NCBI GenBank assembly: GCA_043228905.1
Contig: JBHGNT010000012.1
Coordinates: 20,646,001-20,710,000, forward strand
DNA: 64,000 bases
Origin: Azolla caroliniana
Taxonomy: Eukaryota > Plantae > Polypodiophyta
Reading direction: 5' to 3'
Positions within the stretch are counted from its first letter, which is position 1. Each line of letters opens with the position of its first letter. The notes beneath the pieces were generated by a model. That model ran no database searches and was not told where the DNA came from. It saw only the letters and a list, made by a program, of their open reading frames with translations. Positions 34,284 through 47,271 of this stretch are shown here, piece after piece. The translations under genes and the position numbers were made by a program.

Positions 34284-34498
34284 ACGTAAGGCAAGATAGA
34301 GAGAGAGAAGACAAAGATAAAAGACTATATATTACATTAACCAAAATACTTCCAACAGTAACTAAGTTACAAGGGGTTGGTTTAAATACCAACTAAGCTA
34401 GGGTAAGTGCCCTTTCTACTATTTACAAAACTAATATGGTATGTTCATGAGCTAGTGTGAAACCTATTACTATGGGAAGTTGAGTTCAACTCTCAACA
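31482..34498 (-). mobile_element. Degenerate 5' half of a Copia (LTR 34194-34498, Met PBS 34182-34193, gag-PR-INT)
   Basis: TGGTATCAGAGC PBS; gag LPTEKLDRTNFASWEYKMHQYL; CGYCGKHGHYEEEC; GASNHMT. Cut in integrase by LTR D. Confidence 0.85.
32704..33373. mobile_element. Solo LTR (670 bp)
   Basis: TGACAGG...CCTAACA flanked by 5-bp TSD CGTTC; interrupts the Copia gag. Confidence 0.88.
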
Positions 34499-37400
34499 GA
34501 CTTTGTATCCACATAGAATACATATGCACGAGTTCCAGCTGCAATTTCTTCCTCATCTGGGGCCTTGATCGGAAGGAGGTTCGATTTTGCTTGCCAATCA
34601 AGCAATCGATACACTTATCCAGATGCACTTTCTTTACCTCCGGTAGGAGTTCTTTTTTCGGCTAGCATGTGCATTCCCTTCTGGCTCATGTGGCATAGGC
34701 TCTTATGCCACAACTCACTGGCTATGTCGGTTGCCACGTTTACCTCATTTCGGCATAATCGAGCATGCATTATAGACAGTGGGTTGGTTTTTTGGGCCAT
34801 GATCAGGTTTCCCTTGTAGAACTTCATGACACCGTTCCGGATGCTACCCGTGTAGCCTTCATCATACAGCCAACCGGTTGATATCAAGTTCAGTCAAACT
34901 TCCAGAACGTGCCGAACATTTCTCCACACTAGTCTGCACCCAGTCGATGTCATTAGACACACATCTCCTATGCCGACAATTTGATATGCTCCCTCATTCC
35001 CCATCTTTACAAGACCGTGGTCTCCGACCTTTATGATGAGAAGCACTTTCGATCAGGGATTAGGTGAAACAATGCACCCGAATTGACCACCCATGTCGAT
35101 TCTTCGCCGGCGTGGTTGACTACATTTTGTTCACTAATGAACAACAGCTCCTCTTCACTCGCGACGATTGTGGAGGTGTTCTTTCTGTCCGGAATTTTCT
35201 TCGGCTATACACCATCAGCTCCCCCTTTCTCCTTTCGAAAGTGTCGGCAGTTCTTTTGGAAGTGCCCCGGCTTCCCACAATAGAGGCATGTGGGCCTTCC
35301 CCTCAACTTCGACCTCGTCTGACTTATCTTGATTCTGGGAACTTCAATTTCGGCCTCTTCGTCAATTCTTGTCACTTTCCATGACTAAGGCCTTTGGGTC
35401 AACAATGGACTCTTGGTCCTTCCACCGAGCTTCCTCGTTTAATAAGGTCGACTTCACCTGCTCCAGGGATAGATGCTTCCCTTCCGGTCTGGCGTTGCCC
35501 AATGTGACAACGAGCATCTCCCAACTGTCTGGAAGGGATCCCAACAACAACAGTGTTAATACCTCGTCGACAAGAGGTACTTCTAGAGAGGTGGTTTGGT
35601 TCATCAGTCCTTGGAAGTTATTAATGTGCTTCGCCATGCTGGAGCCCTCTTTGTTGAGCGGCAAGCTCAACCAAAGCCGGATCAGCTGAATAAGCCTGAG
35701 CCGGTAAGCGAGATGAATCGGTATGCCGGTGAGCAACCGAGCCGGTAAGAAGTAAGGACCGGTGAGCTGAGGAGCCGGTATGCCGGATCCAATCCGTAAC
35801 CGGAAGCCTAGTATAGGTTAGACTACTAGGCAGTTATAGTCTTGTAGTTAGTGTCAGATGCTCGTGTGAGCATTGAAGTACACCGTACTTCTAACAGTCC
35901 CGTGTGGACTTGTATAAATAGCGTTGATGAGCGCATTGTAGATACAGAGCACAGAGTATTCATATAATTTTGAAAAATAGTGTGTCTTGCTCTCTCTGTC
36001 TCTCTCTATCTCTCCCGCGTATTCTCTCTCTCTCTGTCTCTGTGTATTGTTCTTTCTAACGCTTCCGCAAGCAATCTTTGACATGGTATTAGAGCGCGTG
36101 GGTTGAGAACCTCTGTTGCAGACATCTACGCTTGTGAAGGAAACCCTAACAGATCGGAAAACAGACACAAAAGGAGAAATGGACAGAGGTATGGCTACGT
36201 CGCTCCCGGTGGAGAAGCTCGACAGAACCAACTACGCATCTTGGTCATACAAGATGCACCAGTACCTGCTTGGGCATGGCTACTGGAGTTATGTCGACGG
36301 AGTGAACGACTTAGCACTGGAGACGACACACAAGGACTTCCCAGTGTGGGAACAGGCGGCAAGCAGGGTGATGTACTACTGCTTCACATCCAGTGTTGGT
36401 GACCAGCTGCTCAGTCATGTCCGTGACGCCAAGACACCGAAGGATGCTTGGGGAAACTTGAAAAAGGTCTTCGCCGCAAACACCACTACCCGGAAGTTGC
36501 AACTCAGACAGGAGTTGAGCAATGTTCGACAGAATAACATGTCGGTGGCAGATTACACAGCCCGGATCAAAGGGATCTGTGACTCGCTTGCCTCTATTAA
36601 CGTCACCGTAGAGGAAGACGAGATGGTGCAGGTCTGTCTTGGAGGCCTGGCGTCCAAGTTCGGAGCTTTCCGGACTGCGGTTTGTACAAGGGAGAATACG
36701 CCCTCATTTTTCGACTTACAGTCGATGCTCCTTGTAGAGGAGAACCACGCCGGTGCATCTACCAGTGCATCCCCAGACAACCAGATGTTGTACACGGGAG
36801 CGGTTCGGTCCCGCGGGCGTGGTGGACAAGGCAGGTCGGCACACAATGGAGGCAGCCAGCAAGAGCAGGAACAAAGGCACAGTGAACGTGCCGACAACAA
36901 TTCCGGGACTTCCACAAGCAGAGGGAGTCAAGGTGGTGCCGGAGGCCGACAAGACAAATCCGCTACGGAATGCTGGTACTGTGGCAAAAAGGGCCACAGG
37001 GAAAGCGAGTGCTGGAGAAAGCGTGCCGATTCGGACAAATCCGGATCCGACAAGACCGGTAAGGAAGGCCGGCAAAGCTCGCACTACGCAAACGGATCGG
37101 GAGGATCCAAGAACGGTAAGGGGCCAGCCTTGGTGATGAAGCACAAGGCAAACTCAATGAAGAAGACCACTTCCAAATCGGAGGAAGTGTGGTACGTTGA
37201 CTACGGCGCATCGAACCACATGACGAGCCACGGTGAGTGGTTCTCCTTTTTGGAGAAGTCGGATCAACCTGGAGTTGTCGAAACCGAAGACAACACTCCC
37301 CACCCGATCGTGCACGTCGGAGAAGTCCCTTTGAGCCACATCAGACAGAGGAGGAAGTTGATGAATGTATTACATGTTCCGACGATCACGAAGAACCTGG

Positions 37401-40400
37401 TGTCGGTCGGACAGATCATCGACCAGGGGATGCAGGTGCGGTTTACGCACCTCGGGTGCTTCATTGAGGATGAGGGCGAAGTTATTGCGCAAGGGCGCAG
37501 AGATGGGAGGATGTTTATCCTCAACACCAATGATGCCGGCACCGCATTGTTCGCCAAAGGACAGAAGGTCGAGTCGGATATCGACCTGTGGCACAAGCGG
37601 ATCGGCCACGTCAACTACCGGAGGCTTCAAAACCTGCAAACGGAACAAGTTGTTTTCGGTTTGCCGAAGTTTAGCGGCCGGAGAGCCTAGATTTGTGAAG
37701 CCTGCCAACTCGGGAAGCAACACCGGCTTCCATTCCCCACCGAAAGAAGTTGAAACTGTAACAAGCTCGATCTTATCCATTCGGATATGTGGGGACCGGC
37801 ACAAAATGTTAGCATTGGCGGGAGTCGATATTTCGTCTCCTTCATCGACGACTACACGCGGCATACGTGGATCTACCTCATTGAGCGGAAGAGCGAAGTC
37901 TTTGAGTGTTTCCGGAGCCTCCAGAAGATGGTGGAACAGGAATCGAAGAGGAAGATCAAATGCCTACGGTCGGATGGCGGAAAAGAGTACTTTTCCGACC
38001 AATTCAACAATTATCTGCAACAAAAAGGAATTCGGCGAGAATTCAATTGCAGATACACACCGCAATAGAACGGTGTGGCCGAAAGGAAGAATCGGTCATT
38101 GATTGACGCGGCTAGGGCAATGCTGGAGGAAAAGAGCATGCCCAAGTTCTATTGGGCGGAGGCGGTCCAAACGGTCGTTTACATCCAGAACCGGATCGGG
38201 GAGAAGGTGTCAGCTCACAAGCTGTATTTCGGGCGCAAGCCGAATTTGAGACACCTCCGGATATTCGGCAGTATAGCCTATGTACATGTGCCGGATGCGA
38301 AGCGGAGAAAGTTGGATGCAAAATCAGAAAAATGCATCCTAGTCGATTATGCTCAAGAGCAAAAGGGGTATAAGTGTTATAACCCCCCGACGAAGCAGGT
38401 CCGAGTCAGCCGAGATGTCGAGTTTGATGAATCGGCATCGTGGCATTCCTTACCAACTCCGACTTCCGATCCCGACCCGATGTCGGAGGATGGGGCTAGT
38501 GAGCCTGAACCGGCCCAGGTAGAGAAAGATGAAGTCGGGACTCCAAATGAGAGTCCGGAATCGTTCTGGTTAAGCGGACCGAATGAGATACTAGATCAGT
38601 CCAACCAGTCAGATGATGAGACGGCGAGTAGTGGAGACTCTGTCGTGCTCTCCCCGCGCAAGGAACCGAGGAGACGGTTCACACGCAAAGAGAAAGGGAA
38701 GCAGAAGATGCCGGAATTCGAGACCGGCAATGATGAGTCGGATCGGTGCGTATCTGACTTCAGCAAGGACATAAGCAGATCTTCAGGAACGAAGACCGAA
38801 CCGGCCAAGAAGGGTCTCATACCGTGTAACGGTGAGTTACACCGGTCCACCCGCCAGAACGATCCCGTTAAACGGTACGGGTATAACGAGTACATGGCGC
38901 ATCATTATGCGTACATGACCAAGGTCGCGGAAGTGCGTGAGCCGGAGAGCTACGTAGAAGCGGCAAAGGACGCAAATTGGCGTGCCGCTATGGAGGAAGA
39001 AATGCGAGCACTGGATGCCAACGAAACTTAGGACCTGGTTGACCCTCCCCATCACTGTAAACCGATCGGATGCAAGTGGGTGTACAAGGTAAAGTACAAT
39101 GCCAACAGTATAGTTAACCGGTACAAGGCCCAGCTAGTGGCGAAGGGATATGCGTGACCCACGGAATCGACTACGACGAGACCTTCGCTCCTGTAGCGAA
39201 GATGACGACGGTTCGTGTGGTATTGGCGGTTGCTGCGGCAAGGGGGTGGCATCTTCATCAGATGGATGTGAAGAATGCCTTCCTTCAAGGAGATCTTGAA
39301 GAAGAAGTCTTTATGACTCAGCCCCCCGGATTTCAGTCGGAGGTGAACAAGTCGGCGGTATGCCAGCTGAGGAAGTCATTATACGGCTTGAAGCAAGCCC
39401 CCCGTGCTTGGAATATTAAGATCACGCACCGGTTGCGAAAGATGGGGTTTGTTGCCTCTAAGTCGGACTCTTCCCTGTTCATCCGTCAAGGCTCAAACGG
39501 TCCGGTATGTATCTTACTCTATGTTGATGATTTAGTCATCACTAGCCCAGGTCTTCCGGAAATCAACCGCGTCAAGTCCCAGTTGTCAGACGCATTCGAT
39601 ATGAAGGACTTGGGGGACCTTCGTTATTTTTTGGGGATCGAGGTGATCCACACCCCCGACGGTATATTGCTTTCTCAACGCCATTATGTGTTGAATATAC
39701 TGTACAAGTTCGGCATGACGGAATGCCGACCTGTCTCCACACCCCTGGACCGGAATCAGAAGATCCATCCCAACTCCGGACCAGCCTGCGATGAGAAACG
39801 GTTCCGACAAATAGTTGGAAGCCTGATCTGCTTGACCATCACCCGACCCGACATTAGCTATCCGGTTGGAGTGGTAAGCCAATTCATGCAGAAGCCGACC
39901 GTGGAGCACCTTCAGTGTGCGCAACGGATACTGAGGTATGTAAGCGGCACTAAGGACCGGGGGCTCTTATACCGGCAAGGTATAACCGAAGAGCTTGTTG
40001 GCTACACGGATGCCGACTGGGCTGGCGATGCAACGGATCGTCGCTCAACTTCCGGCTTTATGTTTTCTCTTGGAAGCGCGGCTGTTGTGTGGAGCAGCAA
40101 AAAGCAGCCAACAGTGGCTCTATCCAGCACTGAGGCTGAATACTGGGGCACGACCGTTGCCACTTGCGAAGCCATTTGGCTTCGGCGACTACTGCAAGAC
40201 CTACGGATCGAGGTGCCGACCCCGATCCTGATCTACTGCGATAACCTCAACAGCATGCAGCTCGCCAAGAACCCTGTGTTCCATGCTCGCACAAAGCACA
40301 TAGAAGTGCATTATCACTTCATGCGTGAGCGGGTCCTGAGTAGTGAATTTGAACTACGGTATGTTCACACGGATCGGCAAGTTGTCAACATCTTCACCAA

Positions 40401-41541
40401 GCCGCTTGGGTCGGACAAGTTGCAGCACTTTACCAAAATGTTTGGTGTTCAGCATCTCGACGTGCCGCACTTGAGGGGGAGACGCAAGGGCAAAGACACT
40501 ACCGAAACGGGCAAAGGCAAAAAAACTGTTGAACCCGTAGGTAAGAGAAGAACCGGTAGAGGTGGAGACAAGAAGAAAAATGAAGTCGAGTCAACGAAGG
40601 AAGTCGGCACATCCGAACAGGTCGGAGTAAGCGGCTGTGAAGAAGAAGTGTACACTCAGGAAGAGAAGTGCATGCCATGCGGAGGTCATCACGATCGTAA
40701 TGACCATGATGTGGAGTCGAATGAAGAATTCGACTTCAGTGAACCGGCTGAAGAAGCCAAGGGAAGCACGGAGAAGGCCAAGATCCGGACGTGGTCCAAT
40801 GTGGTGAGAGGCCTGAAGCCGAAAATCGAATCAGAGGATACCGATTCAGACAAGAGCTGGAACAAGTCGAAGACAGCCGATTCGGATCAACAAACGGATC
40901 CGGATGAGTCGGATCAACGAGAGGCCAAGGAGACACGGACGTAGCGGAAGTCGATGCCATCGCGGTGGAACCGACAGATCGGCAAGCGCCGGAGTCATAG
41001 CAGCGAAGGAGCTGAGATGGGCCTATTGAGCAGACATGCCGAAGGTCGAGGCGCGCAGAACCAAAGGGGTTGCGGCAAACGGGACCAAACCGGACAAGGA
41101 GCGCGAGCAAGGCGAAGCGACGCCAGGAGAAGTCGGTTGGAAGAATCGGCTGCCACAGAGGTTGACACTACGACCCTACCTCAGGTTGAGCTTGAGGGGG
41201 AGTGTTGAGCGGCAAGCTCAACCAGAGCCAGATCGGCTGAATAAGCCTGAGCCGGTAAGCGAGATGAATCGGTATGCCGATGAGCAACCGAGCCGGTAAG
41301 CAGTAAGGACCGGTGAGCTGGGGAGCCGATATGCTGGATCCAATCCATAACCAGAAGCCTAGTATAGGTTAGACTACTAGGCAGTTATAGTCTCGTAGTT
41401 AGTGTTAGATGCTCGTGTGAGCATTGAAGTACACCGTACTTCTAACAATCCCGTGTGGACTTGTATAAATAGCGTTGATGAGCGCGTTGTAGATACAGAG
41501 CACAGAGTATTCATATAATGTTGAAAAATAGTGTGTCTTGC

Positions 41542-41605
<64 letters not shown>

Positions 41606-41870
41606 GTTCTTTCTAACGCTTCCGCAAGCAATCTTTGACACTCTTGATATCGGAGTCTCACAATTTTTCTGAAAACTGAGACTCTATTCACGGCATTCTT
41701 GTTTTCAAACATCACGCCAATCTTCTTCCACATGATGTCATCTGCTTCTATTTCTTCACCGAAGTTGTTGTACAGACTCATGTCTATAAAACACCTTATA
41801 TGTGCGGCCACCTTTAGATGCAACTTGAAAAATGCACTTGAAGAAATGATCCCCACATGCTCTAACATCC
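34499..41870 (-). pseudogene. Older Copia gag-PR remnant (34499-35651 + 41641-~41870) hosting the younger Copia
   Basis: Removing the insert joins ...VFRKIVRLRYQE to GSSMAKHINNFQGLMNQ...LLLLGSLPDSWE; LWHKSLCHMS GAG-pre-integrase motif. Confidence 0.8.
35652..41640 (+). mobile_element. Full-length Copia element with several premature stops
   Basis: LTRs 35652-36083 and 41203-41640; TSD CTCTT; PBS TGGTATTAGAGC (Met, 1 mismatch); PPT CTTGAGGGGGAG; gag-PR-INT-RT-RH order in ORFs 36116-40944. Confidence 0.95.
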
Positions 41871-42039
41871 AAAACAATGTTCGGGCCATCGTGGTCACCT
41901 TACTAATGGCAAAACGATTTGTATGTATAATATGAAACCAAAGGTAAGTAAGTGCATGGGTCGGACAAAAATGGTAAGAGAGCTTATGAACACTTTGGTT
42001 TTAGAAAACACCATAACACCATCAATCGTCTTGTCACTC

Positions 42040-42240
42040 ATTGAGTACTCATGGAAGAAAATCAATTGAGAAATAAAGTTTTATATCGTTGCTTTGTAGA
42101 CCTCAAGATTTTTCTTGACATGGTACCTCATGGGCATCTTTAGAGATGCGTCAAATAATTAGGGATGTCAAGTCAATATATGCTTGCAATTTTTTGAATC
42201 TATTAGAAGGTTATATGTAGTGTGTGTGTGTGGGCGATGA
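42040..42240 (+). pseudogene. Non-LTR (LINE) RT remnant
   Basis: Translates VLMEENQLRNKVLYRCFVDLKIFLDMVPH, resembling the CFVDFxKAFDxVP motif of LINE RT. Confidence 0.5.
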
Positions 42241-42461
42241 AATTTCAGAATTTTCAATAACGTTATTGCATATTCAACAATGCTTTCTTTATTTCTTTTG
42301 CAACAACCACCACAGATTAAACATTTGTCATCAAGAGCACTCCATCTCCTCACTACCCTACACCTCTCCAAAATCATGAATGGGGCAAGTTATTATTGCA
42401 AGATCTATGGTAACTCTATAATCGAAAGCCATGGATCACAATAAGGGAGTCTCTGCCTACA

Positions 42462-43465
42462 AAGATGGAATCATATACATACAAATATGTAAGTACCTCT
42501 CCACCCCAATAATGCTCACACGAAATAGGTGAACTTCGTACAATTAAAGTAAGACATGCACTTCGTATAATTAAAGTTGAAAGACTTTGCAAGTTACGAG
42601 AGCTTGGAAACAGTCTAAAAATATGTCTTATGAAGCCTTTTTATCTTTAAGTCCATAAATAGATGTCTTGTGCGCTTGTACTTCTTGAGGCTAGATCATT
42701 TCTCACTAAGATCATGAGCCTGGAAAGGATTGTTGAGAATAGTTTTTAAGGTTCGAGAAAACAATTATCATCAACAATGTAAAGTTGGGTGGTAAGTCAA
42801 TAAAACAACTTCAAAAGGTACACAATAGCAAAATTTTAAGTTCTTGTTGACTATTTGTTGTACATTACATGATCAATGAAGACCTCCTACAGGCATAGGT
42901 ACTAAAGAACAACCATGAGAGTCTGAGACCAAGAGACAGGGAATGCAACAAAGTAGTTTTAGAGATTTAAGCTTACGAAGATGGAATCATATACAGACAA
43001 ATATGTAAGTACCTCTCCACCCCAATAATGCTCACACGAAATAGGTGAACTTCGTATAATTAAAGTTGAAAGACTTTGCAAGTTATGAGAGCTTGGAAAC
43101 AGTCTAAAAATGTTTCTTATGAAGCCTTTTTATCCTTAAGTCCATAAATAGATGTCTTGTGCAATTGCACTTCTTGAGGCTAGATCATTTCTCACTAAGA
43201 TCATGAGCGTGGAAAGGATTGTTGAGAATAGTCTTTAAGGTTCACGAAAACAATTATCATCAATAATGTAAAGTTGGGTGGTAAGTCAATAAAACAACTT
43301 CGAAAGGTAAACAATAGCAAAAATTTAAGTTCTTGTTGACTATTTGTTGTACATTGCATGATCCATGAAGACCCCCTATGGGCATGGGTACTAAAGAATA
43401 ACCATGAGCGTCTGAGACCAAGAGATAGGGGAATGCAACAAAGTAGTTTTAGATATTTAAGCCTA
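42462..43465. repeat. Tandem duplication, ~515-bp unit x2
   Basis: AGATGGAATCATATACA...GATTTAAGC occurs from ~42462 and again from ~42979. Confidence 0.88.
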
Positions 43466-43572
43466 ATGGCCACCCCAATGTGAAAGGGAGCCATAAAACT
43501 CACCATATAAGCCTTTTTAGCTCCTTTGTGTGAATTTTTTGTTTTCTTCCCCCATATGATAATCTACTATAG

Positions 43573-43610
<38 letters not shown>

Positions 43611-45399
43611 CTTTTGAAGTGAGTGAATTCGTGTTAAGCGCTATTTAGACAAAATTTGTGCTCCATTAATTGAAGTGTGGCTAGTTCAATTGCTCGTAAT
43701 GTATTTACTTGTGTAACAGTGTATGTATATAATGCTTGGGTCTATTCATACACTAGTGAGATTCTTAGTAAGGTTAGTATTTTCGAAAGAGGTGAGTGAG
43801 AGTTCACAATATTAGGGTAAGTGATTCTAGGAATGTTTAGGACAATGGGGTGCATTTAGCTTATTTCGTAATGACTTAATAGATTCCCTTGTGAATTTGA
43901 ATATGTATCAAGAGGGAGTGGAGTCTGATGCACTACACATTATAGTACTACATATTGCACCAAACTACTAAACCATCTTCTTCTCCAAAAGGGCAATGTG
44001 CATGCAATTGTAACCCATTCAACCATGTATACCATCCACAACATTTATTCCATATGATTTAGCTCACATTCTTTTCACTGTGCAATGGGGGCAATGGCGC
44101 ATATGCGAGGAGATTCGTTGATTATGCACATTTTTCCCCCAAACACACTCAAGTCTGAATGTGACAATATAATGTTCCACCTCCAATATAATTTGTGTTT
44201 GGCTTCACCACATTTTGAACATATCACCTCACTTACCATGAACTTTCTTTTTCAATCACAATGTGCACTCTCAATTACAAGATTTATTATTATATTTCAT
44301 AGATTCCCATTCGCTGAAAATCTCGTAGATTCAATTGGTAAAGGATAGTCAATGTTAGGCTAAGTGTGTGCTAGTGCCATCCAATCCATTTTAAAGAGGC
44401 GTCACACAAGCATGAAACATTATCAACACGTATCCCTAAAATGTATGCATCAAATGCTTCTTCTCCATGGGTGCATGCTCTTCTCTAACTAGGAAGGTAA
44501 TGCATTGTTTCCATCTATTGTTTCGCCCTAAACGTTTCTCGGAAACAATAGATGTAGTGCATAATAGGAAAGAAGAATCCCGTTCAATAGGGAAGGGTAT
44601 TACCATTCTAAGGTCGGAAGTGCGGTCATATGGATGGATGGGTCAATCAACTAACGTATCAAATTCTAAAAGCCAAACAATGAGTTACATTGGCTTTTAG
44701 AATTTGTTATGTCTATACTATATACAATATATATTTCGTTTCTATTTTGTATTGGTTTCCTTTTTCACATCTTCATTGGTTTCATTGAGAGGGAGAGCGA
44801 TAAACTGCCCCTACTCCTCGGAATAATTATGATCATGGTAACAATAAAAAGACAACAAGACATATTGAAGTGAAAAGACAGATATTTCCCACAGAATCGA
44901 CCATGTGTTTTTATTATTAGATTTGTGTGGCAGGCAGAGTTGAGATGACTCTTTAACATATGAGATGATGCAGGGATGTGATTATTTGTTATCACCTGCT
45001 TTTCTTTTCTTTTTGCACATGAGATGCAGGGATGTGATTATTTGTCATCACCTGCTTTTCTCATCATACACATGGGTGTGGGGATGATTGATGGCCATCT
45101 TTTTATTATATACTCACTCCCAACTTCATGTGCAGAAGAAGAAGAAGAAGAAGAAGAAAAAGATGTTCTACTTCTTCATCATCAGGATTGAGCACACACA
45201 AGAGAGAGCGCGAGAGTTAGTGATGGCATGCATCGTCTCATCATTGGGCTATCTGAAGATGATTCATGTCTTATATTGATTTCCCAATGATGGAGGGATG
45301 GTCACGATACATATACTCGTCCGTAGACCTGCAAGATAGATAGATAGATACACCATGATCATTCTCAAACCAAATACAAAAACATACTTCCTTATTTTA

Positions 45400-46110
45400 C
45401 ATGAGAAAAGCATCCAATGTATGTGAGCAAAGCATGAAGAACTCAACTTTACAGCAAAAGAAGAGAACAAAGCTATATACCTTAGAAGCTTGGTCTACTG
45501 GCAGATCGGCATTGCAGAAAGAAGACATCGCCGTAGCAAAACCATCTTCATCTTCACTGGATGTTCTCAAACCAAGTACAAATATGATTGATTCATCGAA
45601 TGATGAGAAAAGCATGAACCGCAATAGATGAAAAACACAAACCCTGTATAGCTAATAATACCTTAGAGGCAAGCTCTACACGCAGCTCGGAATGCAGAAC
45701 GAAGACATTGTTATAGCAAAACAATCTTCGTCTTCACTGTATGTTCCGAAAGTAATTACAAATATGATTGATTCATCCAATGATGAGAAAAGCATAAACA
45801 GCAATAGATGAAAAACACAAACCCTATATAGCTAATAATACCTTAGAAGCAAGCTCTACACGCAGCTCGGAATGCAGAACGAAGACATCACTGTAGCAAA
45901 ACAATCTTCGTCTTCACTGTATGTTCTCAAAACAAGTACAAATATGATCGATTCATCCAATGATGAGAAAAGCATGAACAGCAAAAGAAGAAAACGCAAA
46001 CCCTACATAGCTAATAATACGTTAGAAGCTCGGTCTACTGGCAGCTCGGCAATGCAGAACGAAGACACCGCCGTAGCAAAACCATGTTCGTCGTCTTCAC
46101 TATCCATGGA
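45400..46110. repeat. ~180-bp tandem repeat x4 covering the kinase C-terminus, stop codon and 3' flank
   Basis: Unit includes AAAGCATGAA...CTTAGAAGC...TCTAC...GAAGACA...TAGCAAAAC...TCTTCACT near 45430, 45610, 45790 and 45970. Confidence 0.85.
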
Positions 46111-47210
46111 CAGCGAATCAATCAGCACTCCCGAATCTAGAGTGCTCCTGGGGCTAGGAGGAGAAGTACATAGGCAGAGACCAGGAGCAGCACTAGCGGC
46201 AGGGGGCACCTTAAGGAATGGATGGTGGAGAAGCTGAGATGCGGTCCATCTCTTACGAGGATCCCTCTGGAAACACTTGTCCAGGAAATCTTTGCCTTCT
46301 TCAGAGAGATCTTCAGGTAGGGGAGGATTCTCATCGGAGCAGGCAATCTTCGATATGACAGAGACGAAAGACAGCGGCAAGTTCACCCAAGGTGGGCATC
46401 CCTGGCACATCTCCACCACGGTGCAACCAAGAGACCAGATATCCGAGGGGAAGCTTTGTTCCACGCCTTGCAATGCCTCCGGAGCCATCCAGAAAGGCGT
46501 CCCTTTGAAATCAGATGAAGACCTGGAGGTTCCACGTGCATCTATTTTGCTGGGCAGCATGGAATCAATGCCCACATCATCCGACAGCTTTCTGGCTAAA
46601 CCGAAGTCTGCGATCTTCACCGAGGAAGAACTGATCAAAAGGTTCTGTCCTTTAATGTCGCAGTGGATGATCCCTTGAACGTGGAGGTTGGCCAAACCCT
46701 CCACAACATCCCTGGCGAACCTCCATACCTGTGATAATAAGCGAAAAATAAATAAATAATATTAGTATAGTTATTAACTGTTTCTTATGAACATGGCGAA
46801 CCTTCCGTACCTGCTCCTCCTGGAGGCGTCCGCCGCATCTCTTTAGTAGGTCAGAAACACTTCCTCCCTCCATGTATTCCAAGAAGAGGTTGCGGGAAGC
46901 ATGGCCACTCCTGTCGTACAAAGTGTCATCTCCTAGATACGAGATGACCTGGGCACAGTTCAAGCTTCGGAGGATGGAGATCTCCGATTCCATGGCTGTT
47001 AGCTCCGGTGACTTGCGATAGGAATACATGGTTTCTGCAGAGGTAGACTTCACCGCAAACATGAGCCCGTCATCTAGATCGATGGCGAGAGAGACAGAGC
47101 CACACGACCCTGACCCGAGAGTAGACTGATGTGTCCATCGGGAGATGGAACGTGAGACAGAAGAGCTCTTCTTCTTCTTCTTCTTCTCAGCAATAATGGT
47201 AAGTGTTGTT
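46003..47210 (-). CDS. NPK1/MAPKKK17-18-like Ser/Thr kinase (MAP3K); two exons, intron 46729-46810, start codon unresolved
   Basis: LGSGSCGSVSLA G-loop, FAVKS, LFLEYMEGGS, HCDIKGQN, ADFG, GTPFWMAPE, SDIWSLGCTVVEM, RWTASQLLHHPF, SPRSTLD. GT-AG splicing restores EEQ|VWRFARDVVEGL. Confidence 0.88.
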
Positions 47211-47271
47211 GCGCTGTCATCATTGGTGAGGAGGTGAAGTCAAAAGAAAACAACAATTAATTAAGTCAAGT

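Noticed and set aside
43900-44700. Possible old LINE 3' remnant
   Set aside because: Too decayed to support with a clear motif.
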